DNA of 64,000 nucleotides, filler included, from Streblomastix strix (taxonomy: Eukaryota), in NCBI GenBank assembly GCA_008636045.1. It is 4 parts of 4 records of this genome, joined end to end, with 100 filler letters (N's around TTAATTAATTAA, not from the genome) between each part and the next. Parts side by side here need not be neighbours in the genome. Positions count along the whole stretch, not along the records: positions 16,067 to 32,027 come from SNRW01000896.1; positions 32,128 to 48,085 come from SNRW01000897.1; 2 more parts are not named here. The stretch is one strand, 5' to 3'. The position numbers and the translations under genes were made by a program. The notes beneath the pieces were generated by a model that saw only the letters and a program-made list of their open reading frames with translations, had not been told where the DNA came from and made no database searches. Below are positions 27,241 through 41,200 of the stretch, in pieces (positions within the stretch are counted from its first letter, which is position 1; each line of letters starts with the position of its first letter).

Positions 27241-30066
27241 ATGAGAAAGATTGTGGCAATTGTTTTAGATGGTGTTGGCGACCTATCATGTGAAAAATTA
27301 GGACTCTGTACACCTTTAGAGGCATCCCGCAAGCATTTTCTGGACGCCCTTGCTGGTATTAGCTTTAAATTATTAATGTTCTTATTTTTGTGATATTTTT
27401 ATTAGAATGTGGAACGTGTGGTGCAATGGATTCGTTGGAGCCTGGATTCCCATGCGGATCAGACACTGCACACATGCTGATATTTGGCTACGAACCACGA
27501 GGGTTTGTATTATTATTAATATTTATTTATTCGCTTCCTTTCACGCTTATTATTTATTTACATTATTAGTATATATCGTGGCAGAGGTGCCTTTGAAGCT
27601 TTAGGAGGTGGATTGGATATGAAACCTGGAGATATTGCATTCAAAGTTTATTATTATAATACTCATTAATCATCTATCATTAGTTTATATATTATTTATA
27701 GTCAAATTATGGTACTTACGATCCAGCCACTAATTTAGTCATCACAAGAAGAGCTGATCGAGCAATGGAGAAGATTGGTCCTATTCTTGCAAGTTCTATT
27801 AATGGATTGTTTGATTTACTCATATTTATTATTATTGATGTTTATCTATACAATTATAAATCATTAAGAAAACTACCTCATTTTCCTGAAGCATAGATAA
27901 CATGCAAATATTTAACTGAGCATCGTTGTGCTGTAAGAATCAGAGCAAGTGGAATGAGTGGTATATTATATATATTACTATAATTTATTTTATTCTTTAT
28001 TTATTTATGAATTGTTTGTTTGATAAATTATAAATTGGTTATTCAGGTGAAGTTACTGGCACTGACCCACTTGTTGATTAGTTTATATTCATTTTTGTTG
28101 TTTAATGAGAAATTAATATATTCATTATATGTTTTATAATAATAGTAAACAACTTCTCCAATCTTAACCTCTTGATAAGTCAGCAGAAGCTCTTAAAACA
28201 TCACAGGTGTATAATAATTATATTTATAAATACAACTATAATTCATTAATTCTTCTTGATTATCAATTTAAAGATAATTAATGAACTCCAAAAAGGAATA
28301 ATTGATGCACTTTCTGATCATCCAGTAAATATAGAGAGAAAGAAACAGAATAAGAATTTAGCCAATATTCTCTTATTAAGGGGACCTGGTATATAGATAG
28401 ATGTATGATGTATTATATTATTATAATGAATGAAGAATATATCTAATAATTAACATATAAATTATTATATTTTATCTTCATATGTAAATATTTGCATCTA
28501 TATATTATTCATATATATTTGCATCTATATATTATTCATATATATATGCATCTATATATTATTCATATATATATGCATCTATATATTATTCATATATATT
28601 TGCATCTATATATTATTCATATATATATGCATCTATATATTATTCATATATATTTGCATCTATATATTATTCATATATATTTGCATCTATATATTATTCA
28701 TATATATTTGCATCTATATATTATTCATATATATTTGCATCTATATATTATTCATATATGAAGATTCCTCCATTCTCTTCACTTCATCCACATATTCGTC
28801 CATTTGTATTTGCACCTACAGCCATTGTTGCTGGAGTTGGAATGACTGCACAAATGGGTATTAATGACTATTTATTCATATTTCATATTATAATATAATA
28901 TATATTTAGATACATTTATTCATCCTGATGCTACTGGAGACTATTTCACTAATTTTGAGAAGAAAGCAGATTTCTTCACAAAAATGATAGAAAGTATAAA
29001 TTAATAATAATAATAATAAATAATTTTAATTTAAAATGAAATTAATAATAATAATCAAAAAATATTTTTATATCATTATTTTTATTTTGATATTAAGTAA
29101 CTGAATATAATTATTGTTTTATGCATGTGAAGGTATATATTATGTTGTTAGTCTTTTAATGTAATTTATTTAACTTATTGTTATTATTAACTATTTTTTA
29201 TTCAATTTACTATATTAGGCAACAGATGATACAGGACATGATGGAAGACCGGTTCTAAGGTTGATATTAATGATAAATAATTATTCATTATTTATTCTTT
29301 TGTTTCATTTATATACAAGACGAGATATAATTGAAAGAATTGATAGAATGATGGGATTAATTCTAAGTAGACTCGTAGATAGTAAACATGAAGTATGATA
29401 TCAGTTGTATATAATAATAATTCATTGTGTTATATCATATTAGCTCATCATCTAGATTTGTGCTGACCATTCTACACCAATATGTGTTAAAGATCATTCA
29501 TGTGAACCAGTTCCTTTTATGTTCTGCCATCTCGATAACTTCAAGACAAGGTGTGATATGCTTATTTTATTTCATGTGATTTATTTAAATATACCAATTT
29601 TATTATTATATTTGACTATAGATATAGAGTTATTTTGAATGAGAAAGCCAATGAATATGTTAATTGTTACGGATAAGGAAATGAAGGATGGAAAATCCCA
29701 TTTGATGTAAATCAATTTAGACTAAAGACTGTGGATTAATGGCATAATGATGATTAAATTGAAAAAGGAGGAGAATCTAACAAATTAGGAGATTAGATAA
29801 CTTAGAAGGAGAAAGAACCAGAATAAGAGCCAGATTTTAGAATAACTGGCGGTTGTACACGTTTTGAAGGTGTTGTATAATTGTAGAAAATTTCAGAAGA
29901 TGGGGGAAAATTGAAAGAGTAAATGCAGAGAATTGCTAATCTTGCTCTAACTTCACTTCGACCAGATGAATCATAAGGTTATGCAGAAGTTGAATGTGCA
30001 AAAGGAAGACTTGGGCGCTTTGGTGCACGAGAGCTAATCAAATTTGCTGAAAAGATACTAGACTGA
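27241..30066 (+). CDS. apgM: Cofactor-independent phosphoglycerate mutase, ApgM/archaeal-type family, multi-exon
   Basis: IVLDGVGD, TPLEAS, PCGSDTAH (phosphoacceptor Ser), YRGRGAFEALG, TEHR, TGTDP, ANILLLRGPG, ATGD, HVK/ATDDTGHDG, ADHSTP, DHSCEPVP, GRLGRF; TGA 30064-30066. Confidence 0.92.
28492..28760. repeat. 27-bp minisatellite, ~10 copies, inside an apgM intron
   Basis: Unit (T/A)TGCATCTATATATTATTCATATATAT; lies in the intron 28403-28763 separating RGPGIQID from IPPFSSLH. Confidence 0.95.
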
Positions 30067-30465
30067 TTGCTTGCACAATTCAATTCAAGAAATTTTATAT
30101 TTACAAATTTATACAATAATAGGTTCATTTTTAAGTAAATATGATTTAATTCATAAACTGTAAAATTGATAGTATATTCAAATATTATTATAAATTAAAT
30201 AAATATTCAGTGATAGTTGAGAAATAATAAAGTCCCTGTTCTACCAATTTAACATTTTAAAATCAAATAATATAATAATTTCGTAATTATGGCTAATATT
30301 TTATATTAAATTATAAATTTTATAAAGCATCTCACCTGAATAAATGATTCAAATAAAATCGCAAAAAAATCCTTTTCCTTTAATTTGTAGTACATATATC
30401 AAAGAAAAATTGATCTATTATAAAAGAATAATTATTATTATTCATATTTTTAATATGATTTAGCT

Positions 30466-31600
30466 ATGGCATTCCAATCTATCTTCGGAACACCAAAAGG
30501 ATAAAAATAATTCCAAGCAGCTGTAACTAAGCAACCAGAAACTACATCGCCACTTCGAGCAAAAATCTCATAACTATAGAGTAAGGTTAGTGCTTATTCA
30601 AGTAATATTGTTGAAGATCGTGCAGCCAAATTGTCTTAGATAGACTCTAATATATCAAACTTGGAGTAGAGTTTGGTTGAACTTGAGCATTAGCGTGAAA
30701 CTAAAGCAGCTCTGCTTCGTGAAGATGTTGATAGAATTCTTGATAGTTATAACAAACACTTATTACTCAGTCGGGAATTAAATGAGAGTATGAATGAAAA
30801 ATGTTTGCGTTTAGAAGAAGCTGTTTAAATTGAGCTTCAAGAGTAAATGCAGGTTTATATTCATAATTAATACTATAATTATTATTTCACGTTTAATATT
30901 TAATTTATTATATTATTTAGGAAAGTGAATAATCAATAGCAGATGTTGTTCGTAGTGGTGAAGAGCAACTTGATCTTCGAGGCAGAGAAATTGCAGAAAC
31001 ATTGAATATAACTAAGGAAAAACTTAGAAGTAATTTTAATGATATTCTTGGTATGGCATTCATTATATTATTATACTTATTTAATATTATATATTACAGC
31101 CTAAATCCCATAACTTGAATAATTGATGTTGAAGGAGAGAGCAGAAGAATAATAATTCATTCGTGAACTCGATGATCGGATGAGAAATGAGGTGAATATA
31201 TTTTGTTGTTTTCACATTTAATTATTTATTCATTTTTATTTATAAATCATATGTTAAGATTGAGAAATTGAAATAGACTATTGAAGATGAGGAAAAAGTT
31301 TGCTTGATATATTCTTAATATCTGATTTAATGTATTATCAATGAAAATTCTTTCTTTTTATGTAATAAACAGCAACACGCTCAAATGATTCAGAATGCTT
31401 AAAATGAAATGCAAGTTTTTGTTGAACTTGCATAAAAGAAACTCTCAGTATTTTTATTAATTCCATTTTTCTTATTTTTAAATTAATGAATCTTATTATT
31501 TGAACAGGAAGAGAAAAAATAACGTGTGGAAACATAGAGGGACCTGATGGAGCTCTGGAAGAAGACATGTGCAAAGCTAATTGAAGCAAGATCCTTTTGA
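30466..31600 (+). CDS. Coiled-coil cytoskeletal protein, SF-assemblin/beta-giardin-like
   Basis: Short Pro-containing head then continuous coiled coil; C-terminus EEKKQRVETQRDLMELWKKTCAKL; several introns. Family assignment by pattern only. Confidence 0.5.
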
Positions 31601-31925
31601 GGTTAATACCAAGTTTGGAATAAAAATTGAAATTATGAAATACTTCACTTCATATTGCTCAATCACATTTCACTTTATTGGATTGCATTGGTTGAATATT
31701 AACATAATTTATATTTATTTTATACTTCATTTCGTTGTTTTTGAAATATAAAATAAAAGTCTATAAACAATTTTACAATATTCCTTCTTTATTATTGAGC
31801 AAACATTCAAAATAAAAATTTGTAATAGAAGTGAAACAAATGGAAACAATGAACGATTAAAGTAACAACTTATCATGATTTCCATTGTATCTACTTCTAC
31901 TACTTCATGTTCATATGTATTAGTT

Positions 31926-32027
31926 TCAAGCTGCATCACCTTCACCCTCACCTTCTCCTTCACCTTCTTGTTCATCATCTGCTGTTGCATCTTGATATTA
32001 TTGATATTCACTTACAAGATCATTCAT
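31926..32027 (-). CDS. TUBB: Beta-tubulin C-terminal 33 codons (rest lost at contig end)
   Basis: MNDLVSEYQQYQDATADDEQEGEGEGEGEGDAA-TGA; second Q of EYQQYQ is TAA (31998-32000). Confidence 0.95.
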
Positions 32028-32127
32028 NNNNNNNNNNNNNNNNNNNNNNNNNNNNNNNNNNNNNNNNNNNNTTAATTAATTAANNNNNNNNNNNNNNNNN
32101 NNNNNNNNNNNNNNNNNNNNNNNNNNN
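32028..32127. other. Artificial 100-nt linker
   Basis: N44-TTAATTAATTAA-N44. Confidence 0.95.
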
Positions 32128-32419
32128 TTAATGTTTCAAAATAAATAAATAAAAATTATTTGTTTTGATATTTATTGAACAAGTTCAATCTTAGAAATAT
32201 AAAATGTATTCAACTTTTGGCAGGAATTGAAAATATCGGCCCACGCTTCCTCATTTGCATCTATAATTAACTAAATCCGATATTTGTTGAATTTTTTCAC
32301 AAATCGTTCTATTTTGATTCATAATTAAAATTATTAAATATTTAATATATAGTTCAAAAATAATTCAATCAAAAATTTTCAAAAATGACTTCTTTTCCTC
32401 TTTTTTTATCCTGTAACAC

Positions 32420-33680
32420 CTCTGCTGAGGTGATGAGAAATTCGAAATATTTTAATTATTTCACTTTTTTTTATTATAAGAAATTCCATCATGATTGTCT
32501 ATAAAAAAAACGCTGATAATTGATATCCTTGTTCCATTTATCCCAGTTAAAGATGATTTATTAAAAGTTCCTCCAGAAATATATAAAATATCTCTCAGGA
32601 TATCAAATAAGTTAAAACTTGTTATTGTCGGAGTTTAATTTCTTTCTATCGTAATCATAACATTTGTAGTTGTTATTATTCTTTGTTTTATTCTTTTTAT
32701 ATGTGAAAGTTCTTTTGAAAATATTCAGATTACCTTATATGACACTGAGTCCCAAAACAGCTACGAATTTTGATGTTGTGTTTTCTCCAAATGTTACAGT
32801 AGCATTAGTTGCTTTTATCATTGCAAGCTCTATACTATCATGTATGAAAGTCCCTCCTTATGTATCAAATTTTCCTTCGGTGATATCAAAAACATTTGAA
32901 GTTGTGAAATTGGCGGTGGCTCCTTTCAATATGATTATATGTGTATCAGATGTGGCTATTAAGGCAATATTTGAAGTTGCAAATAGATATTTTGAAGATG
33001 AAAAAGAAGGTCCTAAAGAGTAATTTATAAAATTGAATAATATTTGACCATACTGAAATGCTAATAAGACTTTTTCCCGAACTATCATTGAGATTGACAC
33101 TAAGATTCAGATAGAAGCTAGGACTGCCAAACATAAACATTGGACAAAAAAGCCACTTAACTTGTGATTGTATATTCAATTCCTTTTTTAGAAGTACCCT
33201 TTTTATAAGATTAAAGATTGAAATTTTAAATCCATATTCCGCATTGTCTTCAAATAAAGAATTCTCAAGTGTCATTTCATTTATATTTTAGATTGAAAGA
33301 TCTAACTTATCATTCAATATATATTTATATATTTTTAGTGCAAAAGGAAGTATTATATTCATTTGATGATCACTACTGGTTTTATTTTTCTTCTCCCAGT
33401 TTTCTGAATATAAATAATTATCATCAATCATTCTTGCTTGTGATATAACATCATCAAATGAAATCTGTCTTTTAAAACTTGATTCTCATTTTTTCCTAAT
33501 ATTTAAATATGAAGTTTTCCAAGTGCAAAGTATCCTAATTAAATCATTCCCTATTGTGTTATTTAAGGGTTTTATTTGGGAAAAGATTTTTATTCTAGAT
33601 TCAGCAAAAGAGAGAATATATCATTAGCTGTGTGTTATGATCATTATCCTTATTTTTGGAATGATTAAATAGCATGAATG
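32420..33680 (-). pseudogene. Fragment of a beta-helix-like surface protein gene, probably decayed
   Basis: Coding-like stretches (IIILKGATANFTTSNVFDITEGKFD, TLENSLFEDNAEYG) with apparent frame disruptions. Confidence 0.4.
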
Positions 33681-33949
33681 TTTTATTTTGTTAATACTCT
33701 GAAAGATTATAGTTTTGATTAGTTATTTTCATTATTAAAATTTTTAGTATTTTATTTTTAACTTTACTTATCATCTTTGTTATTTATTTATTCTTTTTCA
33801 TATTTATTATAATTAATTTGATTATTAAAATTATTTGTTTAATCAGAAATAGTTTATTTCCCATTATATATATCATTCTATTAATTCAATCTATTTTCAA
33901 ATTAATAATTTTAATATTAAAGCTTTCTTACTGATTTAATTCTTAAAAT

Positions 33950-36900
33950 GAGTTGACAAACTTCAGAATCAAAAAATGAATCAAATGGAGGAGGTATAGA
34001 CATCAGTGATCGATATTAAACATTTAGAATATTCAACCGTACTTATTATTATTTATTTTATGTTTGAGATTCTGTGAAATGAAATTGAGATTGAAGTGTC
34101 AGAATTGAATTCTTGAATCTTTTGTGGAAATCAACAATAAATCCTTACTTAATCCAAATAGGACGATGTTTGGATAGAAGAATTCCATTTGGTAATTCAT
34201 CGAAGTTTCTTAATGTAAATGATTTTGTTTATTTAGAATTCAACTAAATAAATTAATATGAATTTGGAGTTGGAATTGGAGTTGGATTTGCACATTATAC
34301 TATATCATACTATAATGTATAATCTGTTTTAACTATTTCTTATAATTATTATACTAACTATTTATTCATCATTTCTATTGGGGGACAAATAGTTATTTTT
34401 TATGATTATTATGAGATTGATTTTTTTGCTGGTGTTCTATATTCATATTTTGATGTTTATTGTATTTGAAGAGTGGAATTGTCTTTGTTTATTTGTAGTG
34501 TTGACGATATTGATAGACGATTTGTGCTTTTTGAAGTTTCTCATTCTTTTAAATTTTTTTCGTTAGATGTTGTTTATTTGATTGTATTTTCTATTAATGT
34601 TTCGATTTTCATTACATTTTATTCAATTTATTCTTATTTTGATTTTTTCTCATCATTCCTCTTAGTTGAAGGAACATCAATTTCCATCGCAACTCTTCTT
34701 TATCCTCTATATTCCATTTCTGATTTCTATTATAAAATCATCGTATCAAGTGTGCTCTGTTTAACAGCTTACAATGCATCATATATCTATGTTCTGATTA
34801 CAAAATCAAAATGTTTTCTTATTTCACCTTGATATTTGATAATTATCTTTCCAATATGATACAATAATTATTTATCAGTGTATGTTAATTCAATCTCTTT
34901 AAGAATTTCTGAATATATATATATATATTACTGTTATAATGCGAATACCAATATTTTTGAACTCTTTCTTATTAGATCAATGATGATGAAGCATTGTTGT
35001 ATGCAACGGAAGAGAATTATAATCAATTGGAGTAATTATCGCATTAATTTATTTTTAAACGATTCATTTATGGCCAATAGCATTATTTTCATAATATTTG
35101 AATTTAACATATTTTAATTGATATTTATTGCTATACTTTTTTATATTTATTCCTTTTTATCTTATTGAACTTTAATGCCCAATTATCGTTCAATTTCTAA
35201 TATTGTTGGTTTCTTGCCATTTTTCAAATATTACAATTATTATTCTCTTTTAATCGTAATTTCAAAATCTCTTAGTACTTCCTCAACAATTATAAATTCC
35301 TATTCCATTTATTTTTGATCTTGGTCTCGTTTGACATATTCTAATTTCTTTCTTCTTTTCCTGCTTCTTCTTTCTTATTCTGTTTCATCAACCTATTCTT
35401 AATTTTCTTCGTTAAAAATTTCTTCATTAGAAAAAGTTAAATTTATCTTATCATTAATATCTTCATCTTATTCTTCATTATCTTTATATTCATTATCTGA
35501 TTATGAATATTTCTTCTTCTCTTAGAATCGACTCATATCTATGATTAGAAATTTATTCTCCTGTGTTGATGAGTGATTAATAAGTCTTGTTTCTTATCGT
35601 ATAATTCAGTCTTTCATGCTGCATCAATATGACGAAGAATTAATGTAAGATGAAATCTTAATTTTGGAATTTTCAATTATCCTTCACTTCCAACAAAATT
35701 CGAAGCTAAACATACATTAGTTCACAGAGATCTGGATACAAGTTAATTAATTACAAACACAGGAATAGCTAAAAATGATGGACTATAGTTAAATTTAGAA
35801 TATTCAGATAAACAATGATTCATTGCTATTATTAGTGCACTTTCTGCAGATTATGAAGGTCCTACTGAATTTTATCATTATTAATCAGAAGAATTCTTCA
35901 TTTTTGTCAATGATGCCACTTGTGATAGAGCAAAGAACTCCATAAGTTATAACTCTCTTTTTTTTGTTCAATTTAATTGTCCCGAAAACTCCAAAATTTT
36001 AATTAGATTTTTAGTAATTATTATTTAATCTACATTTATTATTTTATTCTAGCTTTTATTAATTGAATTGAATATCTGACTTCTAATTATCAAACATATC
36101 TGTTTAATTCAAATCATAAGGAGTGTATACAGCAAATGAACCATCAGCATCATCAGGTCCCCCAAGTGCATTCAAAATTAAACTTCCTATGAATCTGTAT
36201 GGCATTGGTATTCCATTTCTAAGTCATACTATATGAATATGCTAATAAGAAAGACTTGCTGTTGGTAATTATTGTCTTAGAAGCCATGCATTAATCATTT
36301 ATTGTTCATATTTTGTTTATTCTGCTTATTCATCAATTGTATATATTTCATAGTTATTTTCATATTCGTATTCGTTTGTTTATAATGTACATTTAAATAA
36401 TGATAATTTTTTTTAAAATATTCTTTAACATCAATCCTTTATCTTCAATTTATATTCCATCTATACCTGCATATTTATTTAGTTTTCTAAGTTGTTCTTT
36501 AGCAAACATACCAAGTTCTACAATCGATTTAGATTTATTCCCAAATATTGAAGTCTAAATTCAGTTAAGTACTTACGCAATCTTTTATGCCGAAAATAAC
36601 TTAACTACTTATGCATGTTTAACCCAATCTTCAGCTTAACTACAAACCACCTTTGATTGATTTACTCTTTATGTTAATAACCCTCTTTCTTCTGATATGA
36701 ATACTAAGTTTAATCCAGACACATTCATTCTTTTCTTCTTCTCCAAGTTTCTCCATTCAATTAAGAACATCAATGTACTTTATAGAGGAAGAGTTTATGA
36801 AAATTCATTTTTTTAATTTAATTAATAATTAGTTTTTATGTTTAGCGGACATTAATTTTGATATGGACTCAGCAATGATTAATTATTTGATGTTTGAAAA

Positions 36901-37470
36901 ATATTAGCTTATTAATATGGATTTTATGTAGATTCATTCGTTTAATACATTCCAGTTGGTTATTGTTGAAAAATATCAATTTATTTCTGTACAATACAAG
37001 GTTTCCATTCACAACTTCAATCTGCATAATACAATTTATATTCTGAATTAGCTGGTGTTTTCAATTATCCATATTCAATTTGTAGAATAAAATCATCTAA
37101 AGTTCGATCATCAAATACATCAAATTCACCAAATATCAAGAATTAATGAATATTATTATCTGCATTTGATTAATTATTATTATTTTCTATTATCCGAACA
37201 TCTTCACTATTTTTAATAATAATTACATCTTATAAAGAATATTATTATTAGAATATTGTTATTGTAATTGGAGTGAGTTCATTTGGAATAGTACTAAGAG
37301 TTAAAAAATGGTTCTGAATTTGCTGAAAATATTAGAAGTTTTTGAGAAGGATAAATTGCTTATTGAACATGGTGGTCGATAATCCGTAAATACAATTCCA
37401 GGTCGCAATGCTTATAAATTTATATTTGAATCAGGTCATATAGCTGTATTCTATATTGAACTCTCCATGC
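33950..37470 (-). pseudogene. Long decayed coding region, partly resembling an axonemal dynein heavy chain N-terminal domain
   Basis: FDVFDDRTLD..KTPANSEY..YYAD*SCEWKPCIV and FLIEW..VSGLNLVFISEERGLLTQRVNQS (~36630-37135); in-frame TGAs; no motor domain motifs seen. Confidence 0.35.
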
Positions 37471-38286
37471 TTTTTCTGATCGCTATGGATGACCTTGTAG
37501 TTTGCAGTCTATTGTTGTTGGGTATGCCAAATTGCCACAGGGGGTAAAATGAAACTGGTCAAATCAGATAAGTGGGGCAGCATAATTGTGAATAAAATAA
37601 AAAAAAATTGAAAAATATTTTAAATTTATTTAAAAATTATGATGAAAAATTGTGAGTTTATCTATCTCCACGGTTAGTGATTATTAGGTGGAAATTTAAT
37701 ATATTATGAATTTGAACTATTATAATATGTTTTAAAAAAATGAATATAATGATTATATTTTGAATTAAAGCAAAAAGTGAAAATTTATTTTGTGTTTTTT
37801 AAGAAAATCGTTTTAGGTGTATAGTCACGAATAATTTGTATTGATTTATATTTAAAAATTTAAGTATTTTGAAATTTAAAAGAATAAATTAATTATTTTG
37901 AGTATGTTGTTGTGTTTCTGTTGGTAAAATTAATAAAAAATTAAAAAAGTGCGCGGTTATATCTGAAGTTAAATTTTATTAATGATATTCAAATGCGCTA
38001 GTAAATTTTCATATTAAATTATAGATCTGACGAAATCGGCATAACAAGGAAAGCTTTATTTGTCGTCTAATTGCCTTTAATAAAAATCAATATCTAAATA
38101 ACAATTACTGTATTATAAAATATGTTTAAAAATTTTTATTATTTTACTGCTTTTAACAATAATTAATTTTTAATTGAGTTTTTTAAAAATATTCCTAAAT
38201 AGTTGTCTAAAATGCTTTTTTACTAAAAAGATTCTCTACATTTATAATAATTATTGTACATTTATTTATTTAAATTTATATAGGAA

Positions 38287-41200
38287 TAAAACACAATCAT
38301 TACATTCGGGGTTTTATATATCCCAATCATATCATAATAATTCTCCATTGTTTATTGGAATACAGTAGGACCTTGAAATGGATCAGATCCGACAAAAATC
38401 TACCAACAACTCGGTTTGTTCGCTTCACATATGACCGTGCTCGATCCACCCGCGTTAATAGTTGAGCGGGAGAACGAATAGCTTGATTAGCACACTGGAT
38501 TTCCGCTACCAGTGCACGAAAATCAACCTGTGATGAACGATGCCGTCCTCCCATTTATGAAGAATCTTCTCAACTAGTCTGCACGTACACCAGAGGAATA
38601 GCAGCACTAGCAACAAATAGCTTCAGCGCAGCTTTTTATCGAGCAATACTTCAATGAGAAAGTGGCTGATTTCGACTCAACTGGGAAACGCCAAACCAAG
38701 TATGAATTTGAAGCCTTGGAAGACAGAATCTAAACAACGTTGGGCCTTAAAATGTACAAGAAGGGAGCTGTTGAAAAACGGGCGATTTGAACCTAGAATT
38801 CGAAGCTGATATTTGTAAACTCGCAGTTGATTGTTAAAGAGCCTCTGCAACAGTAATTGCAAGTCTAGCTACAAACAACGCTGAATCCGTAACTGAATAG
38901 ATACTTACATCTCATCGCTTGGTCTGTATAATAGCTGGTAAAGCATAACAACTTCGGGAGCAAGCCTTTGCGCCTCCAATGTTCAGGGAACTGCTGGGTC
39001 CAGATGTCAGCGTATCAGATGTATTTGGAAAGAAGTCAAAAGAAAAGCTAAAAAAAGCTAAAACTGCAAAAATAATTAAGAATCCGAAAAAAATAAGCGT
39101 TACAAATCCAAAACCTGTTGTGCAACCAGCTGAAGCAAGTTAGACAATTCCTATCACGTCATCAGTGCAATAATAGGCTCAACCACAGATATAAATTCTT
39201 CCTCTACCTCAAAAATTCACCATTTTAATCATCAAACCTACCGAAATTACAACAATAATAAGGCAGGTTTAGCAGTTCTCGTGGTTGGGGCCATGGCAGA
39301 GGAGGTCCATATAAACGTGACCGTTCTGAGAATATATAACCATAAAATAATCCCAATTAATCAAGACAATTCTAAACTCATCAGGTCAAACTTCTGTCAC
39401 AATTCACAACAGTCATGTAGAACTAGGCATCTCCACAGAACCAACAGCCCACATAACAGCCCAAACAGGAATGAATCGGGGCTTAGTAAAGCCCTCAGAT
39501 AAGCCAAGAAGAATAGAAAACTGAAGATTCTGAAGGCAAGAGTGAGAGAGCCTAATGATTAATATATCATTATTCAAGAGAAGTTATGGAAGGAGGGAAT
39601 AATGCCTCAATATAGTATTGATCTTGTAAAGATATTGATTCCTGTTAGATTTATGGCGAGGCTGAACTAATGGGACAAAATTGGTGGTACTCAAACAATC
39701 ATTAGAGGAGCCTAACTGGAATGGATATCACCAGCAGCACCATTGCTCATTCAATCACAATAATAACCACACCAGTTTCGAAGGACTTTAGAATACGATC
39801 AAGAATACATGACTCAACCGGAGAAAGAATTAAGCAGTGTAGTAGTCATAGAAATGGATAATGTACAAGTCTATAACCCAACATTCTTGGTTCCACGTTA
39901 AGATGAGTGATTTTGAAAGATTTCAGATTGCAGAAAGATTAATTTACAAATATAAACCGCGCATTGTAAAATGGATTGACCAGAAGAACTAAGATAGATT
40001 CTACAAGAATCAAATTATGCCACGATACTAGACATTAAGGACGCTTTTCATCACGTGCATGTCTCTCCTAACCTGCATCCATTTCTGGTGTTTCAGTTCA
40101 AGAACATGAGCTACGTATACCTTGGCCTACCATTCGGTTGGAGACGAAGTTATCTACTCTTCAATAAGACCTTAGTAATAGTTATTAGAGCAATATGGGA
40201 GAAATGGAAGGTAAAATATAGAACTACATGGATAGCATAATCTTAATCCATCATTCAAAGTAACAACTCAAACAGATGACTCTAGAGATCTTCTTCTTTC
40301 TATCAAATCTGGGCTGGCGACTCTCTCCTACCAAACGTGTGACAATGCCGAAGAAATGCTTTTAATATCTAGACAAAAACTTCCAAACTTAATCAATGGA
40401 AGTAACAATGACTCAAACATGAACAAGAAGCCTGAAACATAAACTGAGAGACTGGATTCAAATGTAAAACGAGAGCTAAATTGTAAAAATTAGAAGTCAT
40501 GCCTCATTAATTGGAGAAATCAACTTCCTTCGGTTCCAGTTCCTATAAATATCTCTCTGGATGAATGCAATCAACAATTTTATGACTACAGCTATAGCGA
40601 GGGGGGGCTGGAATGCATCAGTTAGACTTTTGAAGAAAATTCTTAGTGAGCTTTTGACAATTCTGATATTAATCAAATAGAATAAACCACGCTAAATGAA
40701 GGATAGAATTCCAGATTTAATATTAACGACAGATGCGAGTGAAGATGGATGGGGTATGACTCTGGAGCAAAACTAAGAACAAATAATGGACGTTGGTCAA
40801 TGTCTGGGCTAATGGCACCTCCATTCAAGCAATTAGAGGGAGTTAGATGCAGAATTAGTATCTCTTTGATTGTGGAAAGAAACAATATCGAAGTGGAAAA
40901 TCAAATGTATACAACTAAAGACCGATAATACAACAACAGAATTCTCAATCCGTAGATGGAGGGCTGCATCAGAAATCTTACACCTTGTTAGAGAAATATT
41001 TATCCTCTTAGATAGTCTTAACTTAACGATCTACATAGAACACCTGCCTGGCCTTTAGAACACTGCAGTGGTTGCACTAAGCCGATTTTACTGGATCGGG
41101 GACTATATGATTAACCCATACCTGCGGATGGAAGTACTTCATCAAATTGACTTTCAATCTACTCTGGACGCCTTCGCCCACAGAACGAATAAGTAATTAG

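Noticed and set aside
28492..28761. Repeat ORF (MHLYIIHIY)n or CRISPR-like array
   Set aside because: Tandem units without spacers, inside an apgM intron.
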